In this document: one piece after another, positions 37,124 through 50,780 of the stretch
Layout: each line of letters starts with the position of its first letter
Numbering within the stretch: position 1 is the first letter of the stretch
Assembly: GCF_963921235.1 (NCBI RefSeq)
Contig: NC_086097.1
Coordinates: forward strand, 103,356,001 to 103,420,000
Reading direction: 5' to 3'
DNA: 64,000 bases
Source of the DNA: Mobula hypostoma
Lineage: Eukaryota
Program-made: the position numbers and the translations under genes
Notes under the pieces: generated by a model
Told to the model about the DNA's origin: nothing
What the model saw: the letters and a program-made list of their open reading frames with translations, nothing else
The model's database searches: none

Positions 37124-38925
37124 TCTACTGGTAAAGACAAATGTAGGTCCCCTGCAGACAGAAACAGGTGAATTGATTATGGGGAGCAAGGACATGGCAG
37201 ACCAATTGAATAATTACTTTGGTTCTGTCTTCACTAAGGAGGACATAAATAATCTTCCAGAAATAGTAAGGGATAGAGGGTCCAGTGAGATGGAGGAACT
37301 GAGCGAAATACATGTTAGTAGGGAAGTGGTGTTAGGTAAATTGAAGGGATTGAAGGCAGATAAATCCCCAGGGCCAGATGGTCTGCATCCTAGAGTGCTT
37401 AAGGAAGTAGCCCAAGAAATAGTGGATGCATTAGTGATAATTTTTCAAAACTCGTTAGATTCTGGGCTAGTTCCTGAGGATTGGAGGGTGGCTAATGTAA
37501 CTCCACTTTTTAAAAAAGGAGGGAGAGAGAAACCGGGGAATTATAGACCGGTTAGCCTAACGTCGGTGGTGGGGAAACCGCTGGAGTCAGTTATCAAGGA
37601 TGTGATAACAGCACATTTGGAAAGCGGTGAAATGATCGGACAAAGTCAGCATGGATTTGTGAAAGGAAAATCATGTCTGACGAATCTCATAGAATTTTTT
37701 GAGGATGTAACCAGTAGAGTGGATAGGGGAGAACCAGTGGATGTGGTATATTTGGATTTTCAAAAGGCTTTTGACAAGGTCCCACACAGGAGATTAGTGT
37801 GCAAACTTAAAGCACACGGTATTGGGGGTAAGATATTGGTGTGGGTGGAGAATTGGTTGGCAGACAGGAAGCAAAGAGTGGGAATAAATGGGACCTTTTC
37901 AGAATGGCAGGCGGTGACTAGTGGGGTACCGCAAGGCTCAGTGCTGGGACCCCAGTTGTTTACAATATATATTAATGACTTGGATGAGGGAATTAAATGC
38001 AGCATCTCCAAGTTTGCGGATGACACGAAGCTGGGTGGCAGTGTTAGCAGTGAGGAGGATGCTAAGAGGATGCAGGGTGAGTGGGCAAATTCATGGCAGA
38101 TGCAATTTAATGTGGATAAATGTGAAGTTATCCACTTTGGTGGCAAAAATAGGAAAACAGATTATTATCTGAATGGTGGCCGATTAGGAAAAGGGGAGGT
38201 GCAACGAGAGCTGGGTGTCATTATACACCAGTCATTGAAAGTGAGCATGCAGGTACAGCAGGCGGTGAAAAAGGCGAATGGTATGCTGGCATTTATAGCG
38301 AGAGGATTCGAGTACAGGAGCAGGGAGGTACTACTGCAGTTGTACAAGGCCTTGGTGAGACCACACCTGGAGTATTGTGTGCAGTTTTGGTCCCCTAATC
38401 TGAGGAAAGACATCTTTGCCATAGAGGGAGTACAAAGAAGGTTCACCAGATTGATTCCTGGGATGGCAGGACTTTCATATGAAGAAAGACTGGATGAACT
38501 GGGCTTGTACTCGTTGGAATTTAGAAGATTGAGGGGGGATCTGATTGAAACGTATAAGATCCTAAAGGGATTGGACAGGCTAGATGCAGGAAGATTGTTC
38601 CCGATGTTGGGGAAGTCCAGAACGAGGGGCCACCATTTGAGGATAGAGGGGAAGCCTTTTAGGACCGAGATTAGGAAAAACTTCTTCACACAGAGAGTGG
38701 TGAATCTGTGGAATTCTCTGCCACAGGAAACTGTTGAGGCCAGTTCATTGGCTATATTTAAGAGGGAGTTAGATATGGCCCTTGTGGCTACGGGGGTCGG
38801 GGGGTATGGAGGGAAGGCTGGGGCGGGGTTCTGAGTTGGATGATCAGCCATGATCATAATAAATGGCGGTGCAGGCTCGAAGGGCCGAATGGCCTACTCC
38901 TGCACCTATTTTCTATGTTTCTATG
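37124..38925 (+). mobile_element. Young CR1 LINE, 5'-truncated copy 2, with an open 553-aa RT-containing ORF (37173-38834)
   Basis: Motifs KSPGPDGLHPRVL, NYRPVSLTS, YLDFQKAFDKVPH, SGVPQGSVLGP and FADD, with no stops. Tail TTTCTATGTTTCTAT. Confidence 0.96.
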
Positions 38926-39429
38926 TAATGAGATTGCTGCACTGCAAGTGTTTTGAAATACATTGGATGTTGATCTCTAAAATTCTGTGAATACTCAAGA
39001 AGGCACTTCCTACCACTTGTAGGGAATATTTTTCTGTTCATTCAAAGGTTATGGACTTTAGCCTGAAGCCAGCATTTAATTATCTGTTACTAAATTCCCT
39101 TGAGAAGATGGTAGTCACCTGTTGCCTAGAACCACTGCATTCCTTGAAGTGTGGGTATGCCAATAATGCTGTTAGGGAGGGATTTTCAGGATTTTTAGGT
39201 GGTGAAAGAACAATTTATTTCTAAGTCAGGATGGCAATTGGCTGCCTCCAGCTGGTGTTGTCACATGCTTTCGCTGCCCTTGCCCTATTAGTTAGTACAG
39301 AAAGGAGTTGTTTAAGGAGTCTTGGTAAGTTTCTGATGAAGTAAGTGATGACCTGCTGGTAGCAAACAAAACAAGCAAAATTATAAATTGCTATATTAAT
39401 CACACTTTTCTCGGATAGTCCTTAAGTCC

Positions 39430-42230
39430 GTAAGACATAGGAGCAGAATTATGATATTCAGCCCATCGAGTCTGCTCCTCCACTCCATCATAGCTGATCC
39501 CAGATCCACTCAACTCCAACACCTGCCTCTGCACCATATCCTTTGATGCCCTGACAAATCAGGAAACTATCAACTTCCGTTTTAAACATACCCACACACT
39601 TGGCCTCCACTGCAGTCTGGCAAAGCATTCCACAGATTCACTACTCTCTGGCTAAAAACATTCCTCCTTCCTTCTGTTCTAAAAGTTTGCCTCTCAGTTC
39701 TGAGGCTGAACCCACACCACAGGAAACATCCTCTCCACATTTACTTTATCCAGTTCTTTCAATATTTCGTAGGTTTCAATAAGATCCCCCCCCCCCACAT
39801 TCTTCTAAGTTCTACTGAGTACAGGCCCAAAGATGCCAAATGCTCCTTGTACATTAACCCTTCATTCTCGGAATCATCCTCATGAACCTCCCCTGGACCC
39901 TCCAGTGACAACACATCCTTTCTGAGATATGCAATCCAAAACTGGTGACAATACAAGTGCGGCTTGGCTAGTATCCTGTAAAGCCTCTGCACTATCTCCT
40001 TGCTTTTATGTTCTATTCCTCTTGAAATAAATGCCAACATTGGATTTGCCTGCCTTACTGCAGACTCAACCTGTGAGTTGACCTTCTGGGAGTCTTGCAC
40101 GAGGACTCCTAAGTCCCTTTGCACCTCTTATGCTTGAATTTTCTCCCCATTTAGATAATAGTCTGCACTATTGTTCCTTTTATCAAAATGCATTACACAT
40201 TTCCCAACACTGTATTCCATCTGCCACTATTTTGCCCATTCTTCGAATTTGTCCAAGTCCTGCTGCAATCGCATTGCTTCCTCTGCACTACCTACCCCTC
40301 CATCAATGTTCGTATTATCCGCAAACTGTGCCACAAAGCCATCAATTCCATCATCTAAATCATTGACACACAATGCAAAAAGTAGCAGTCCCAATACTGA
40401 TCCCTGAGGAACACCACTAGTCACTGGCAGCCGACCAGAAAAGGCCCCCTTTATTCCCACACGCTGCCTCCTGCGTGTCAGCCATTCCTCTATCCAGGCC
40501 AGGATCTTTTCTGTAACGCCATAGGATTTTATCTTGTTAGCAGCTTCATGTGTGGCACCTTATCAAATGTCTTTTGTAAATCTAAGTAAGTGACATCCAC
40601 TACCTCTCCTTTATGCACCTTGCTGGTTACTTCCTCGAAGAACTCTTAACAGATTTTTCATTCAAGATTTCCCTTAACAGAAACCTTGCTGACTTTAAGT
40701 TATTTTATCATTAGTCTCCAAGTATCTTGAAACCTTGTCCTTAATGGACTCCAACACTTTCCCAACCACTGAGGTTAGGCTAACTGGCCTCTAATTTCCT
40801 TTCTTTTGCCTTCCTCCCTTCTTAGAGTGTAGTGACATTTGCAATCTTCCAGTCCTCTGGGACCATGTCAGAATCAAGTGATTCTTGAAAGATCATGACC
40901 AGTGCATCCATTATCTCTTCAGCAACCTCTCTGTAGTCCATCTGGTCCAGGTGACTTATCCACCTTAAGACCTTTGAATTTGTCCAGCACTTTTTCCTTT
41001 GTAATAGCAATGGCACGCACTCCTGCTCCTTGACACTCACAGACCTCTGGCACACTGCTGGTGTCTCCGCAGTGAAGACTGATGCTACCTCACCAGCGTC
41101 ATTTTCCAGTGGTCCAATATCAATTCTCACTTCCCTTTTATTCTTTATATAACTGAAAAATCTTTTAGTATCTTGCTTTATACTGTTGGCTAGTTTGCAC
41201 TCATATTTCATCTTTTCCCTTCTTATAGTTTTTTTAGTTGCCTTTTGTTGGATTTTAAAACTTCCAGTCATCCAACTTCCCAATCACTTTTGTTACCTCG
41301 TATGCCCTTTCCTTGGCTTTTATGCGGTCTTATGCAGTTCCCTTGTCAACCACGGTTACCTACGCCTGCCAATTGTAACAACTTCCTCTCTGGAACATAT
41401 CTATCCTGAGGCTTGTGAACTGTTCCCAGAAACTTCAGTCACCTCTGCTCTGCTGTCATCCCTGCCTGTATCCTCCTCCAAACAACTTGGGCAAGCTCCT
41501 GTCTCATGCCTCCGTAATGCCCTTTATTCCATTGCGATACTAATACATATGAGTTATGCTTCTCCCTCTCAAATTGCAGTATGGATTCAATCATATGATC
41601 ACAGCCTCCTAAGTGTTCCTTTGCATTATGCTCCTTAATAAGATCTGGGTTATTACACAACACCCAATCTAAGATGACCTTTCCCTGAGTAGGCTCAAAC
41701 ACAAGTTGCTCAAAAAAGCCATCTCATAGGCATTCAACAAATTCCCTCCCTTGCAATCCAATGCATACCCGATTTTCCCAATCCCCTTGCATATTGAAAC
41801 CCCCCCATTACAATTGTGTCGTTACCCTTATTATATGCCTTTTTCAGCCCCCTTTGCAATCTCAGCCCTACATCTTGATAACTATTTGGAGGCCTGTATA
41901 TGACTCTCATAATTTTTTTTCACCCTTACAGTTTCTTAACTCCACCCACAAAGATTCAACATTCTCTGACCCTATATCACCTCTTTCTAAATATGTATTT
42001 CCATCTGTTACCAACAGAGCCACACCACCGCCTATGCCTTCCTCCTGTCCTTTCGACACAAAGTATATTCTTTGATGTTAAGCTCCAGACTATGACCTTA
42101 TTTCAGCCATGATTTAGTGATGCCCACAACATCATACCGACCAATCTCTAATTGTGCCATGAGTTCGTCCACCTTATTCCGAATGCTACCTGCATTTAAA
42201 TACAGCACCTTCAGTTCTGCATTCTTCGCC
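39430..42230 (-). mobile_element. Decayed CR1 LINE ORF2 and 3' tail
   Basis: Colinear with 6860-9830. Motifs SGVPQGSVLG and AQFADNTNIDGG. Confidence 0.9.
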
Positions 42231-42899
42231 CAAGTGACAGTGGCTAAATGTGTTGGATCCTCTGGTTTTGCAGGTGATAAGTTGATAGTAGTTTGGACTT
42301 CAAGTTAGTATTCTATCACACTCCTGACAAGCTTTGTAGATAGTGGACAGACTGGGGAGTTAGGTGGTGAGTTACTTGCCACAGGTTTCCTAGCCTCTGA
42401 ACTTCTGTTGTAGCTACATTATACATATGGTTGCTTTGGTTCAGTTTCTGGTAAGTGGTAAGTCCTAGGATATTAATAATGGGAGATTCAGTGATGGTAA
42501 TGCTATTGAATGTCATGGGCGATAGCTGGATTTTCTCTTGTTGGATGTTGCCGTTGCGTGGCTAAATAGGCTGATGAGCAATAATACTGTAGCTTGGATG
42601 ATCACAGCCCCTAGACAACTTTGTGTGATTGTCAGAGTATCTTTCAAATCACCAGGCTGTTCTAAAGAAGTTGAACCCTGACCTCCAAAGATGGCATATC
42701 CTTTGATAAAAATATAGCATGTTTATTGTTAGAAACACTGCATGCTTTTCCTTAATCGATTATACTCTTTACATTTCTGTAACCTTTATTGTGAATTCCT
42801 TTATGCCATAATCTCTCAGATGCTTAATTTTCTAAAAAGAGTAAGAAATAGTGTTTATGTAACTCCTCTTATGACCAGTTCATATTCCAAAAAAGCAGA

Positions 42900-43490
42900 C
42901 AAGGCCAAAAGATATAGGAGCAGAATTAGGCCATTTGGCCCATCAAGTCTGCTGTGCCTTTTCATCATGGCTGATCCATTTTTTTTTCGGGCCCAATCTC
43001 TTGCTTTCTCCCTCTACCCTTCATGCCCTGACCAATCAAGAATCGATCAACGTCTGTTTTAACTATTCATAAAAACTTGCATCCACAGCTGCCTGTGGTA
43101 ACAAATCTCACAGATTCACCACTATCTGACGAAATTCCTCCTCATTTCTGTTCCAAATGGATCCTCCTCTGTTCTGAGACTGTGTTCTGGTCCTAGACTC
43201 TCTCACCATCCAAAACATCCTCTCCACCAAAGCCTTTCACTATTTGATAGGTTTCTATGAGATCACCCCTCATTCTTCTGAATTCCAGTGAATGTTGGCC
43301 CAGAGCCATCAAACATTCTTCTCATGACAAGCTGTTCAATCCTGGAATCGTTTTCGTGAACCTCCTTTGAACAATCTTTGGTGACTGCACATCCTTTTTA
43401 AGATAAGGGGCCCAAAACTGCTGATTGTACTCCAAGGGAGGTTTCACCAGTGCTTTATAAATTCTCAACATTACATCCTTGCTTTGATAA
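42900..43490 (-). mobile_element. CR1 3' fragment
   Basis: YKALVKPPLEYNQQFWAPYLKKD plus a CR1 tail. Confidence 0.8.
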
Positions 43491-43884
43491 TGATGTGAGT
43501 ATACTAAGCAAGAAGTGAAGCTGAGAGGCAGTGGATATGAAAGAGATGGTGTGGTATGTGGCTGTGATGGGATTGGGAGTTTGGACTGGAGATCAAGAGC
43601 ATCATTGATATCTTTGAGGTATTGTCTGGTCATGGCTAGGATCTGGCAAATTGATGCCTTGAGACATTGGAGGGGTAGGAGTTTGGTAGCAGTAGCTACC
43701 AAGGAGGCTATTAGTGATGCTTTGTACCTTGTGTATGAGGTAGCCAGGATGATGTGAAGAACTTGCCTTGGAAGGTTTTAAGGTATCTTCCTTCTGAGAA
43801 GACCAGATTGTCCATAAGTGCTCAATATTGTTTTTTCCTAGGATAAAGCAATCTCAGTATCATGTTTTACAAAAACTTGCAATT

Positions 43885-44525
43885 CTCACCACTGTCTTTA
43901 AAGAGTTCGTAAGTTGGTTTCCTCCTGGTCCTCTGGTTTCCTCTCTCATTCCAAAGACGTGGGTTAGGGTGAGTGAGTTGTGGGCATCTATGTTGGTGCC
44001 AGAAGTGTAGTGACATTTATGAGCTGCCCAGCACTATCCTTTCTGATTTGATTTGATGCAAGCGATGTATTTCACTTTACATTTTGAGACAAATAATTTT
44101 TTCCTGCGTTGTTACAGGAAGCCAGCATCCATTATCAGGGAGCCTCAGGAATCATACCACCTGGTTCAGGAACAGTTATTACCCCTCAATCATTAGGCTC
44201 TTGAACCAAAAGGGATAACTTCACTCAACTTTATTTGCTCCTTCACTGAAGTATTCCCACAACCTGTGGATTCACTTTCAAGGACTCGTCTGCGTTCTCA
44301 TTGTTTATTTATTTATTTATTGCTTCATTCTTTCCATTCATTTATTCTTTCTTTATATATTTGCACAATTTATTGTCATTTGCACACTGATTGCCCATTT
44401 GGTGTGGTCTTTCATTAATTCTATTATGGTTCTTAGATTTATTGAGTATGCCTGCAAGAAAATGAATCTCAGGGTTGTATATGTTGATATATATGTACTC
44501 TGATCATAAATTCACTTTGAACTTT
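43885..44525 (+). mobile_element. V-SINE-like remnant followed by a Rex1/Babar-type 3' tail
   Basis: V-domain-like GGTTTCCTCCTGGTCCTCTGGTTTCCTCTCTCATTCCAAAGACG, then the GGTTCAGGAACAGTTATTACCC tail that is also present inverted at 45790-46080. Confidence 0.55.
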
Positions 44526-45789
44526 ACCTTTAGAAAAGCTTGACTCCATGCCGTCCTGAAAATAAAAAAACTTCTGTAAGAGAAGCAAAAGTGGGGTGGA
44601 GGGCATCTCTAGAAATACTTGGTTGAAATTCTAGACTGGACATGAATCAACCATAAAGTGTCATTGTTACATTTTGCTGTGGGTGAAGTTGCATCACGTT
44701 GAAGGAAAGAACTCTGCAACTGGATTCCCAAGCAGAAATCACTACATTATCATTGATAATGATCAACAGCGCGTTTCCAGGTGTAAGTGGTGAGGAAAAT
44801 ACAGGCATTCTTATATTATTTGCTGTGAGAATGAATCATAGGGAAAGAACACTTGTATTTACTTCGTGCTTCTAAAATCTGGGGGGGATCCCAGCAGGTT
44901 TTATAGCCAATAAAGAATTTCTGAAATATGTCCACTGTCTCTAAGAGAAAGAAAATGATAGCAATTTGCAGACAGTAAATTCCCACTATTTGCAATCTGA
45001 TTTAGTCTTGTTGGATTGAAAAATAACATATTGGTCAAATCTTGGCATGAAAGCTCATGCTTCTCTTCAAAAATGTTCATTGGTTTTTCAACTATCACTA
45101 TGGATTCTTCAGATATCACCCTGGGTTCTTTGAGAAGGGAACAGCATTATTTTTGATATCTTTCAGCATCCCTGAAAGTGTAGTACTCTCTGTATCAGAA
45201 CTTGAAGCAATAACTCTGTGAGCTGAGCCATAGCTGACATATTAAGGGTGAGAAGTTTTAAACGTCTGTGATTTAGCAAAGCAAAGTCATCGAAGTATTA
45301 TCTTTATCCTTGGCACTTTCTAAATTTCCATTAAATGTTTCATGACATTGTTTGGCCTGGGTACAGATGTCCATATCTAGCTACAGGGAATGTGTTGTCT
45401 CAGATGAATGTCAAGTGAAACCATTAACTTTCCTTTCAGATACTGGAGATCCTGACCGCTGGCAATCCCATCTTCACCAAATGAATGATTAAGATTTTGA
45501 ACTTCCTGGCATGTGGAATAATTAAAACAAGCTAGCTTTAATATCTTAAAAAAGAAGATGGATCAATGCATGACAGGAAAATGTTAGGGTCAGATTGAAT
45601 ACAAAGAATTCTAACCTGAACCAGCTGGGTTGAATGGCACATTAATGAGTTGCAAGTTCTGACATTAACTGACCTTTTATTTTTTTGAAAATTATAAATT
45701 CTACACTTTTTTTCCAAAAAACATAATTTACTTCTATAAAAGTTCAATTAATTGTTATTATGGGCAATATTTCTATTTTCTTGGAACAA

Positions 45790-46080
45790 AGTTCAAAGTA
45801 AGTTTATTATCAAAGTACAAATATGCCACCATATACAACCATATTCATTTTCTTGCAAGCATATGCAATAAGTCCAATATCCATAATAGAATCAATGAAA
45901 GACTACACCAATAGGGCAGACAACCAGTATGCAAAAGACAAACTGCAAATATAAAAGACGGGAGAAAAGGAAACAAGCAAGCAAGCAATAAGTATCGAGA
46001 ACATGAGATGAAGAGTCCTTGAAAGTGAGTCCATAGGTTGTGGGAACAATTCAGTGATGGGGCGAGTGAAGTGAACAAGA
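45790..46080 (-). mobile_element. Rex1/Babar-type 3' UTR tail fragment
   Basis: Reverse complement is similar to 44230-44525. Confidence 0.55.
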
Positions 46081-46165
46081 TAAGAGTAAAGATGTTGAAA
46101 TGACTGATACATGACATAAAATAGATTGTGTACGATCTAAAGCATTATTGAAACTTTTGTTTTAG

Positions 46166-46246
46166 GTTCCTGCAGTTCCTGAAGAAATATTCTTCAATGA
46201 AGAGAAGATAGATGAATTTGGAATTAACACATCAGACCAAGCCTTA
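46166..46246 (+). CDS. CDAN1: Codanin-1 exon G (81 nt, phase 0 to 0): VPAVPEEIFFNEEKIDEFGINTSDQAL
   Basis: Acceptor cttttgttttag and donor TTA|gtaagt. Resembles human IPTVPEDLFFLEE...HGL. Confidence 0.9.
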
Positions 46247-47766
46247 GTAAGTAATCTGTAAAGAGTTTTTATTATTCTAACCTGTAAAAATGACTATGCT
46301 GTTCAAAGATTTAAAACAATGGATTATCTGCCATCTAATAAGATTAGTTATAAGCTTACTAAATTGCTTGTTGAACGATGACAATGCAAAGCTAAACCAT
46401 GTAAGCCAAATCATGTTCGCCTGTTTTTAGAATCAGGTTTATTATCAGTGGCATGCGTCGTGAAATTTGTTAACTTTGCAGCAGCAGTTCAATGCAATAC
46501 GTAATATAGAAGAAGAGAAAGAAAAATAATATTTAATACATAAACAAGTAAATCAATTAAGGAATACATATAATGAATAGATTAAAATCGTGCAAAAACA
46601 GAAATAATGTATATTAAAAAAGTGAGGTAGTGTTCACAGGATCAATGTCCATTTAGTAATCAGTTGATCTTTGCTAAGAAGCATTCAGAGTGGGTCCCAT
46701 AAAACTTGCTTCTTTCAGCTGAACAATCTTAAATATGTTCATTTAAAAACAAAATTTCCCTACATATTAAAGATTACACTGACCTCACTAAACAGTTTGG
46801 TCAATAGATTTATCACTTCTCAGTATGGAAATTTGGATGTAGGCTGTCCTAGGGTACAATGGGTTCCAATTTTACAGAGATCTGTAAGTTAGTTTTATCT
46901 GTCGGAAAAAGCACAAAAATAAACATACCTCCTTAGCACCCGGGACTGATGAGAAAGAATATTTACTAAAACTAGAGAGTGATGAAATTCAATTTCTCTT
47001 TCCACAGTTTCTGCTTGACCTCCTGAATGTTTTACAGCACATTTTGACTTTATTTCAAATTTCCAGCAATTGAATTGTTTTTTCTCTGATAATATCCACT
47101 GTTTCCAGTCTGCCCATGTAACCAAGTCACTCATTTCCAGAATTGCTTGGTAACTTGCTTCATCCTTTCCATAGCCTGTATGTCTTTCCTAAAGTGTGGT
47201 GCCCATAGTACTTCAGCCGTGGCTAAGCTAGTGTCTTATAGAAGTTCATGTCCTCGTTCTTAAACTTTAAGCCTTTGTTTTTGAAGGTTTTAATCACTTG
47301 CATAAGTTGACCTACCACTTTGAACAATCACTACCATTTTCGAATGCTGCCCTCTAGTTTATATTGCTTCTTCTCATAATGCAACAGTTCACATCTGAGT
47401 ATTAAATTTCAGCTATCATTTCCCTGTCCATTTTGACTACCTGACACTATCTCAGTGTAGTCTGTTACTATCCTACAATTGACTGAAAACTATGTATAGT
47501 CTTTTAGAAGTTGTCTCCTAATATTTGCAAGTTCAAATCATTATTTTGGGCTACGAAAGTAGTAGCCTGGATATTCACCCCTGGAGATACCAGTATACCT
47601 GTCCCTCTTGTCCAAGAAGCAGCCTTTCTCTACTACTTGGTTTCTTGTTACTTAGTTAAGAACTAAGTAACTTTTCAAAGAACTTGCTGAGCCAAATTCT
47701 GCACCCTTTGAAGGAGGCTGAAACAATTGTAAATATAAGAATGTTTTGATTTTGCTGGAGATACTG

Positions 47767-48526
47767 ATTGTGGACTTCAGGAAGGGTAAGACGGAGGAAC
47801 ACATACCAATCTTCATAGATGGATCAGAAGTGGAGAGAGTAAGCAGCTTCAAGTTCCTGGGTGTCAAGATTTCTGAGGATCTAACCTGGTCCCAACGCAT
47901 TGATGTAGTCATAAAGAAGGCAAGACAGTGGCTGTACTTTATTAGGAGTTTGAAGTGATTTGGCATGTCAACAAATGTACTCAAAAACTTCTGTAGTTGT
48001 ACCGTAGAGAGCATTCTGACAGGCTGCATCACTGTCTGGTATGGAGGGGCTACTGCACAGGATCGAAAGAAGCTGCAGAGGATTGTAAATTTAATCAGCT
48101 CCATCTTAGAAACTAGCCTACAAAGTACCCAGGACATCTTCAGGGAGCGGTGTCTCAGAAAGGCAGCGTCCATTATTAAGGACCTCCAGCACCCAGGGCA
48201 TGCCCTTTTCTCACTGTTACCATCAGGTAGGAGGTACAGAAGCCTGAAGGCACACACTCAGCGATTCAGGAACAGCTTCTTCCTCTCTGCCATCTGATTC
48301 CTGAATGGACTTTGAAACTTTGGACGCTACCTCACTTTTTTTTAATATACAGTATTTTTGTTTTTGCACAGTTTTTAATAATGTATTCAATATACATAAT
48401 TGATTTACTTGTTTATTTATTATTATGTTTTATTTTATTTACTTCTTTTCTCTCTCTGCTAGATTATGTATGCATTGAACTGCTGCTGCTAAGTTAACAA
48501 ATTTCACGTCACATGCCGGTGATTCT
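47767..48526 (+). mobile_element. Rex1/Babar-type LINE, 5'-truncated, inserted in an old CR1
   Basis: TSD GAGATACTG at 47758-47766 and 48527-48535. Motifs FKFLGVKISEDLTWS, ESILTGCITVWYG and HPGHALFSLLPSGRRYRS. Confidence 0.88.
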
Positions 48527-48829
48527 GAGATACTGCAGAGACTCACCAGGATGTTGCTGAATTGGATCATTTGAGTTATGAGGAGGGACAGGCTAGGCTG
48601 AGTTTGTTTCTGCTGGAGTGAATGAGGTTGAGAGGTTATTTGATAGATGTATACAAAATAATGTGGAGGACTGATAGAGGAGATAGTGAAATATTTTTTT
48701 CCATGGTGAGGGTCACTAGGTCGGGGCATAAGTTTAAGATGAGAGTTAAAAGGTTTGGATGGGGGGGGGAGAGTTTAGAATGAGATTTGTCACACAGGTA
48801 GATGGAGTCTACACTGTACTCGTAGAGGT

Positions 48830-50430
48830 TTAAGACCATAAAACACAGGAGCAGAATTAGGTAATTTGGCCTATTGAGTCTGCTCTGCCATTGCATTGTG
48901 GCTAATTTATTTTCACATGCAACTCGTTTCTCCGCCTTCTCTCCATAACCTTTGACTCCCTGACTAATCAGGAACCTATCAACCTCCACTTTAAATAAGT
49001 TCAATGACTTGGCATCAATACATACAAGGACTTTACATCTTCTGATCTCATGTCACCTCTCTCTAAGAATTTGACTTAATTTACCACTAGAACCACCCCA
49101 CTCTCTCTGCTTACCTGCCTTTCCTTCCAATATAGTGTTAATCCTTGGATGTTAAGCTCCCCACTATGATCTTCTTTCAGCCATGACTCAATGATGCCCA
49201 CTGCATCATACCTACCAATTTCTAAATGTACTACAAGATAATCTACCTTATTCTGAATTCTGTGTGCATTATAGCATCTTCGATCCTGTTTTCATCACCC
49301 TTTTTGATTTTCCCTGCATGTTACACTTCATTTCATCCCATTGACTGCCATTTTTCCCTGTCATCTGCCCTATCCTCAGCCCTATCACTTGGGTTCGCAT
49401 CCCACTGCATAATTTGTTTAAACAGCTCTAGCAAACCTGCCTGCAAGGGTATTGGTTCTCTCCCCACCCCCCACCCCCCACCACCTCGGGCTCAGGTATA
49501 ACCTGTCCTGTTTGTACACATCATACCTTTCCTAGAAGGGATCTCAATGATCCAGAAATCTTGAAACCCTGACCCTGCACCACTGCCTCAGCCACTCGTT
49601 CATGTGTACTATCATCCTATTCCTGCCCTGCCTAGCATGTGGTTTTGAGAATAATCCAGAGATTACTACCTTGCAGGATTGGCGCTTCACCTCTTCTCTA
49701 ACTCCCTATACTCACTGTGCAGGAGCTATTCCCCCTTTCTACCCAAGTCATTGGAGCCAATGTGCACCACGACTTCTGGCTGCTCACCCTCCCTCTTGAG
49801 AATATTCCGCAGCCACTCTTGAGACATTCTGGACCCTAGCATCTGTGAGGCAACTCATTATCCTGCTGTCTCTTTCATGGCCTCGGAATCTCCTGTCAGT
49901 CCCTCTAACTATCGAGTCTCTTATCACTACTGCTCTGCCTGACTTTAGCTGAGCTGCGAAGCCGGCTACAGTGCCATTGGCCTGGCTGCTGCTGTAGCCT
50001 GATAGGTCATCCCACCCGGCAGTTCCAAAAGGCCATACTTGTTGCTGAGGGGAATGACCATAGTGGAACCTTTTGCTGACTGCTTACTCCCCTTACTTCT
50101 CCTGGTGGTTGCCCATCTACTCTCTCTTACTTCTGGTGGTCACCCATCTACTCTCCCTTACTTCTGGTGGTCACCCATCTACTCTCCCTTACTTCTGGTG
50201 GTCACCCATCTACTCTCCCTTACTTCTGGTGGTCACCCATCTACTCTCCCTTACTTCTCCTGGTGGTCACCCATCTACTATGCTCAGTAAAAGTCTCATC
50301 TGAGGTTTTCAGACTCCCAGATGGATGATCCTGAGTAGATCCAGCTCCAGTTCCTCAGAAGCTGAAGTTTGGTGCGCCTCCTGTAAATGTACTCATCAGG
50401 GCGACTATTAGTTATACTGAAATTTCATAT
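48830..50430 (-). mobile_element. Heavily deleted CR1 remnant (3' tail, endonuclease piece, ORF1 piece)
   Basis: Piecewise similarity to 6860-11395. Confidence 0.7.
50087..50279. repeat. Minisatellite, 31-bp unit CTGGTGGTCACCCATCTACTCTCCCTTACTT, about 6 copies
   Basis: Units start at 50102, 50133, 50164, 50195, 50226 and 50260. Confidence 0.95.
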
Positions 50431-50529
50431 CTCAGTGGAGAATTCCATTACCATAACCTATCATCTTCCCTACACTACTTATACCTCTAACTTCTCAAGC
50501 CTAAGACTTCTCAAGTCCTCGCCTATGCT

Positions 50530-50780
50530 TGCTCTTTAGCCCTTGGCCCCTTCTAGGGCATAGGCCACCGACAGCAGCTCGCTAGAGTCCTCTGACCTGG
50601 TCCAGTCTTTCAACGTCCTGTGTGTAGCCCATCATATGTCTTCTAGGCGAATATCTTTCCTCTCCCAGGGATGAGGTCTGGAGCTTCTGCTGGCATTTCT
50701 GTAGCACTGGGTTTTTACAGGATCTGGTTACTAGCCCTAAATCAGCCTTTCTCCAAATCACATCTTGCGTGAGGACCAAC
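50530..50780 (-). mobile_element. Possible RTE-derived non-autonomous element
   Basis: Minus-strand GGTCCTC...GGGCTAGTAACCAGATCCTGTAAAAACC resembles the recalled conserved RTE 5' motif. Confidence 0.4.

Noticed and set aside
50087..50279. Regularly spaced 31-bp repeats as a possible CRISPR array
   Set aside because: The units are head-to-tail with no unique spacers, there are no cas genes and the context is vertebrate. It is a minisatellite.
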